Origin: Candidatus Saccharimonadales bacterium
GTDB lineage: Bacteria; Patescibacteriota; Saccharimonadia; Saccharimonadales; JAGQMS01
DNA: 24,000 nucleotides
Direction of reading: 5' to 3'
Assembly: GCA_041740375.1 (NCBI GenBank)
Contig: JBGSMB010000033.1
Location: 16,739-40,738, forward strand
Below are positions 22,177 to 24,000 of this stretch, piece by piece. How positions within the stretch are numbered: position 1 is the stretch's first letter; each line of letters begins with the position of its first letter. The position numbers were made by a program, and so were the translations under genes. The notes beneath the pieces were generated by a model, which saw only the letters and a program-made list of their open reading frames with translations, was not told the DNA's origin and did not search any database.

Positions 22177-23283
22177 GTGAACAGTAAAAAAACTAATCAG
22201 AGTACAAACTCTTTTCTGCTGAAATATTGGTGGCTGGCACCTGCGTTAATTATTTTATTTGCTGTTGCGGCTTCGTTTTTTATCTTCTCATCAAACACTC
22301 TGGAAAACTCGAATGATCCAAAAAACGCGAAGTTGCAGGCCTGTTTAGAAACGGATCAAGAAAGTAATATCGATTGCTGGTACAAGAGGTATCAGCTTTT
22401 AGTGTCTCAAAAAGATACAACAAAAGAAGTATTTGAAGATGTAAAAAAGGCATACGAAGTCTCGCCCTACGTAAAGTCTAACTGCCATCAGATCGCTCAT
22501 ATCATTGGTAGATCAGCGGGCGACAAATATGGATCAGTTTCTGAAGCGTATAAGCAGGGAGATAATTTTTGTTGGTCCGGTTACTATCACGGAGTGATGG
22601 AAGCCATCTCAGCCAAAGTAGGCAAGGATGCAATTCTGTCACAGCTAAACGATATATGTGCTGAATTAAACCAATCGGAACAGTACAGTTTCTTGCACTA
22701 TAACTGTGTGCATGGTCTTGGGCACGGCATTCTCCAGCTAAAAAATGGTGAATTGTTTGAAGCCCTAATAGTGTGCGACGACCTAGAAGGTACGTGGCAA
22801 CAAGAATCCTGCCAAGGTGGAGTATTCATGGAAAACGTGATGAACAAGATCAACCCAGGACACACCACAAAATATTTAAAAAATGACGAGCCGCTATATC
22901 CATGTACCGCAGTAGAAGACCGCTACAAACAGCAATGTTACTTAATGCAAACATCGCAAGCACTTTTGGTAGTTAATCAAGATTATGCAAAAGTTTTTGA
23001 TCTGTGCTCAAAAGTAGAACAACCATATAACAATATATGCTTTCAGAGTCTTGGTAGGGATGCATCTGGTAGCACAAGTAGCTCGGTAGAAGGCACCACT
23101 GCGCTGTGTAATTTGGGGTCTACTATTGAAGCGAGAAAGAATTGCTATATTGGTGCGGTGAAGGATTTCATTTCTTATTTTAGCGACATCAAGGAAGCGA
23201 ACAGATTATGTTCTATGGTACGAGAAGTAGAAATACAAAATACCTGCAAAGAAACAGCAGAAATTTACTACAGGAGTTTTTAG
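22177..23283 (+). CDS. Membrane-anchored, extracytoplasmic cysteine-rich repeat protein (16 Cys), unknown family
   Basis: N-terminal TM helix WWLAPALIILFAVAASFFIF. It is followed by about 8 helical repeats, seven of which carry a C-x10-15-C pair. Examples: CTAVEDRYKQQC, CSKVEQPYNNIC, CNLGSTIEARKNC, CSMVREVEIQNTC. I cannot place it in a named family. Confidence 0.7.
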   Translation: MNSKKTNQSTNSFLLKYWWLAPALIILFAVAASFFIFSSNTLENSNDPKNAKLQACLETDQESNIDCWYKRYQLLVSQKDTTKEVFEDVKKAYEVSPYVKSNCHQIAHIIGRSAGDKYGSVSEAYKQGDNFCWSGYYHGVMEAISAKVGKDAILSQLNDICAELNQSEQYSFLHYNCVHGLGHGILQLKNGELFEALIVCDDLEGTWQQESCQGGVFMENVMNKINPGHTTKYLKNDEPLYPCTAVEDRYKQQCYLMQTSQALLVVNQDYAKVFDLCSKVEQPYNNICFQSLGRDASGSTSSSVEGTTALCNLGSTIEARKNCYIGAVKDFISYFSDIKEANRLCSMVREVEIQNTCKETAEIYYRSF

Positions 23284-23289
23284 CTCAAT

Positions 23290-23646
23290 ATGAAGAAGAA
23301 ACAAATTATCATTACACTTGCGAGTTTGTTTATCGGGATAGGATTGATCTCTGTCTCTTACTTCCTAGCAAATAATAAAAGTGAACCTGCGCAATCTCAG
23401 ACAAAAATCATAATTTCACCACAAGAGTTAGCAGAATCTGACGGCAAGAATGGTAATAAATGCTATGTTGCCATTGAAGGTACAGTTTACGAGATTAAAC
23501 AAGGCAGCAAATGGAAAGACGGCCAACACGAACCGTCAAACGGCCTCGCATATTGTGGAGAAAATATGACTGATGTAATCAAGCAGTCTCCTCACGGTAA
23601 ATCGATACTTTCGCTACTACAAGAAGTAGGTACCATTCAAAATTAA
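23290..23646 (+). CDS. Membrane-anchored cytochrome b5-like heme/steroid-binding domain protein (118 aa)
   Basis: TM anchor IIITLASLFIGIGLISVSYFL. The domain pattern is ELAESDGKNGNKCYVAIEGTVYEI...WKDGQH...CGENMTDVIKQSPHG. This is as in bacterial b5-like/MAPR-like proteins. It starts 6 nt after the upstream stop. Confidence 0.65.
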   Translation: MKKKQIIITLASLFIGIGLISVSYFLANNKSEPAQSQTKIIISPQELAESDGKNGNKCYVAIEGTVYEIKQGSKWKDGQHEPSNGLAYCGENMTDVIKQSPHGKSILSLLQEVGTIQN

Positions 23647-23718
23647 AGGTATATATTGCCCGTCGAACAATAACTCACATATTTGTAATATACTTAAAAA
23701 TATTAGATAATTAATCTA

Positions 23719-24000
23719 ATGAGTGAACTATTTGGTGATAAATCTGCTGAAATGCAGGAAGAAAGTTTAAGGAGCAGACAACGAAATTTTTCGCCTGAAG
23801 AACTTGGTAGGGCTGTTGGTAGTAATCTGTTAAGTAGATTTTCGCATGTTGAATCTGGAGATAATACTACTGATGAGTATCTACCGGTGCATGTTCTTGC
23901 GGAAAGAATAGGCACTAACAGACAATGGATTCATCGTATGGTGAATGATCTTGGGATTGAGCCAGAGCCAATAGAGCACGGCGGGCGATTAGTCTCTTGC
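23719..24000 (+). CDS. Hypothetical protein, 5' part (94 codons, runs off the window); possible HTH segment
   Basis: The frame is open from ATG 23719 to the window end with no stop, so it is absent from the ORF track. GATAAT (23706-23711) lies 7 nt upstream. The segment VHVLAERIGTNRQWIHRMVNDLGI looks HTH-like. I prefer it over the antisense 70-aa ORF at 23703-23915. Confidence 0.45.
   Translation, partial: MSELFGDKSAEMQEESLRSRQRNFSPEELGRAVGSNLLSRFSHVESGDNTTDEYLPVHVLAERIGTNRQWIHRMVNDLGIEPEPIEHGGRLVSC

Noticed and set aside
23703-23915. 70-aa minus-strand ORF at the right end of the window
   Set aside because: The opposite strand has a longer open frame (23719 to the window end, 94 codons) with a -10-like element and more protein-like composition. 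I call the plus-strand ORF instead, though with only moderate confidence.
1-24000. Alternative genetic code (UGA recoded, as in some candidate phyla)
   Set aside because: TGA terminates the DUF2779 protein, the VirB6-like protein, the VirB4 N-fragment and the coupling ATPase at sensible domain ends, often with ATGA/TTGA coupling to the next gene. The standard code fits.
1-24000. CRISPR arrays, tRNA/rRNA genes, IS elements or terminal inverted repeats, prophage genes
   Set aside because: Reading both strands, I found no regularly spaced direct repeats, no cloverleaf-like conserved tRNA boxes, and no transposase, integrase, capsid or terminase-like ORFs. Absence is by eye only; tRNAscan, Infernal or ISEScan would be decisive.

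Overview
Gene-dense, AT-rich bacterial DNA read with the standard genetic code; TGA ends several well-defined domain proteins. I recognised no rRNA, tRNA, CRISPR array, transposase, integrase or relaxase.

Layout:
1. 1-4156 (+): the tail of a type I R-M hsdS-like gene, then three co-oriented, tightly spaced genes. These are a GmrSD-like DUF262/DUF1524 nuclease, a DUF2779 protein (PD-(D/E)xK plus DEDD-like exonuclease), and a mini HAD phosphatase.
2. 4173-12026 (-): eight translationally chained genes of a minimal Gram-positive/CPR-style type IV secretion system (T4SS). In order: pilin, pilin-VirB6 fusion, PrgI/VirB3-like, a VirB4 split into two ORFs, M23 wall hydrolase, a large coupling ATPase, and a 46-aa ORF.
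3. 12161-15340 (-): one 1059-aa protein made of two complete BcsA/CesA-like processive GT2 synthase modules.
4. 15341-15826: a 486-bp AT-rich non-coding hub with divergent promoters.
5. 15827-18212: a small defence-like islet with an XRE regulator, a single-HKD PLD nuclease, an AbiH-family protein and a small PD-(D/E)xK nuclease.
6. 18289-23646: an envelope thiol/electron-transfer cluster. It holds a DM13 protein, an HTH plus membrane pair, an anchored thioredoxin, DipZ (CcdA+TlpA-like), an NrdH/glutaredoxin-like protein, a 16-Cys repeat protein and a cytochrome b5-like protein.
7. 23719-24000 (+): a partial ORF.

The gene content is most consistent with a small-genome Patescibacteria (Saccharibacteria-like) or Gram-positive-type chromosome. 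That is inference only.

Best candidates for something undescribed:
- the relaxase-less T4SS with its pilin-VirB6 fusion and split VirB4;
- the tandem double polysaccharide synthase next to it;
- the GmrSD-DUF2779-HAD cassette;
- the PLD/AbiH/PD-(D/E)xK islet;
- a recurrent TGnTAnAAT-N7-11-start-codon (leaderless-type) promoter architecture.

All family calls come from motif recognition by eye, not from searches.
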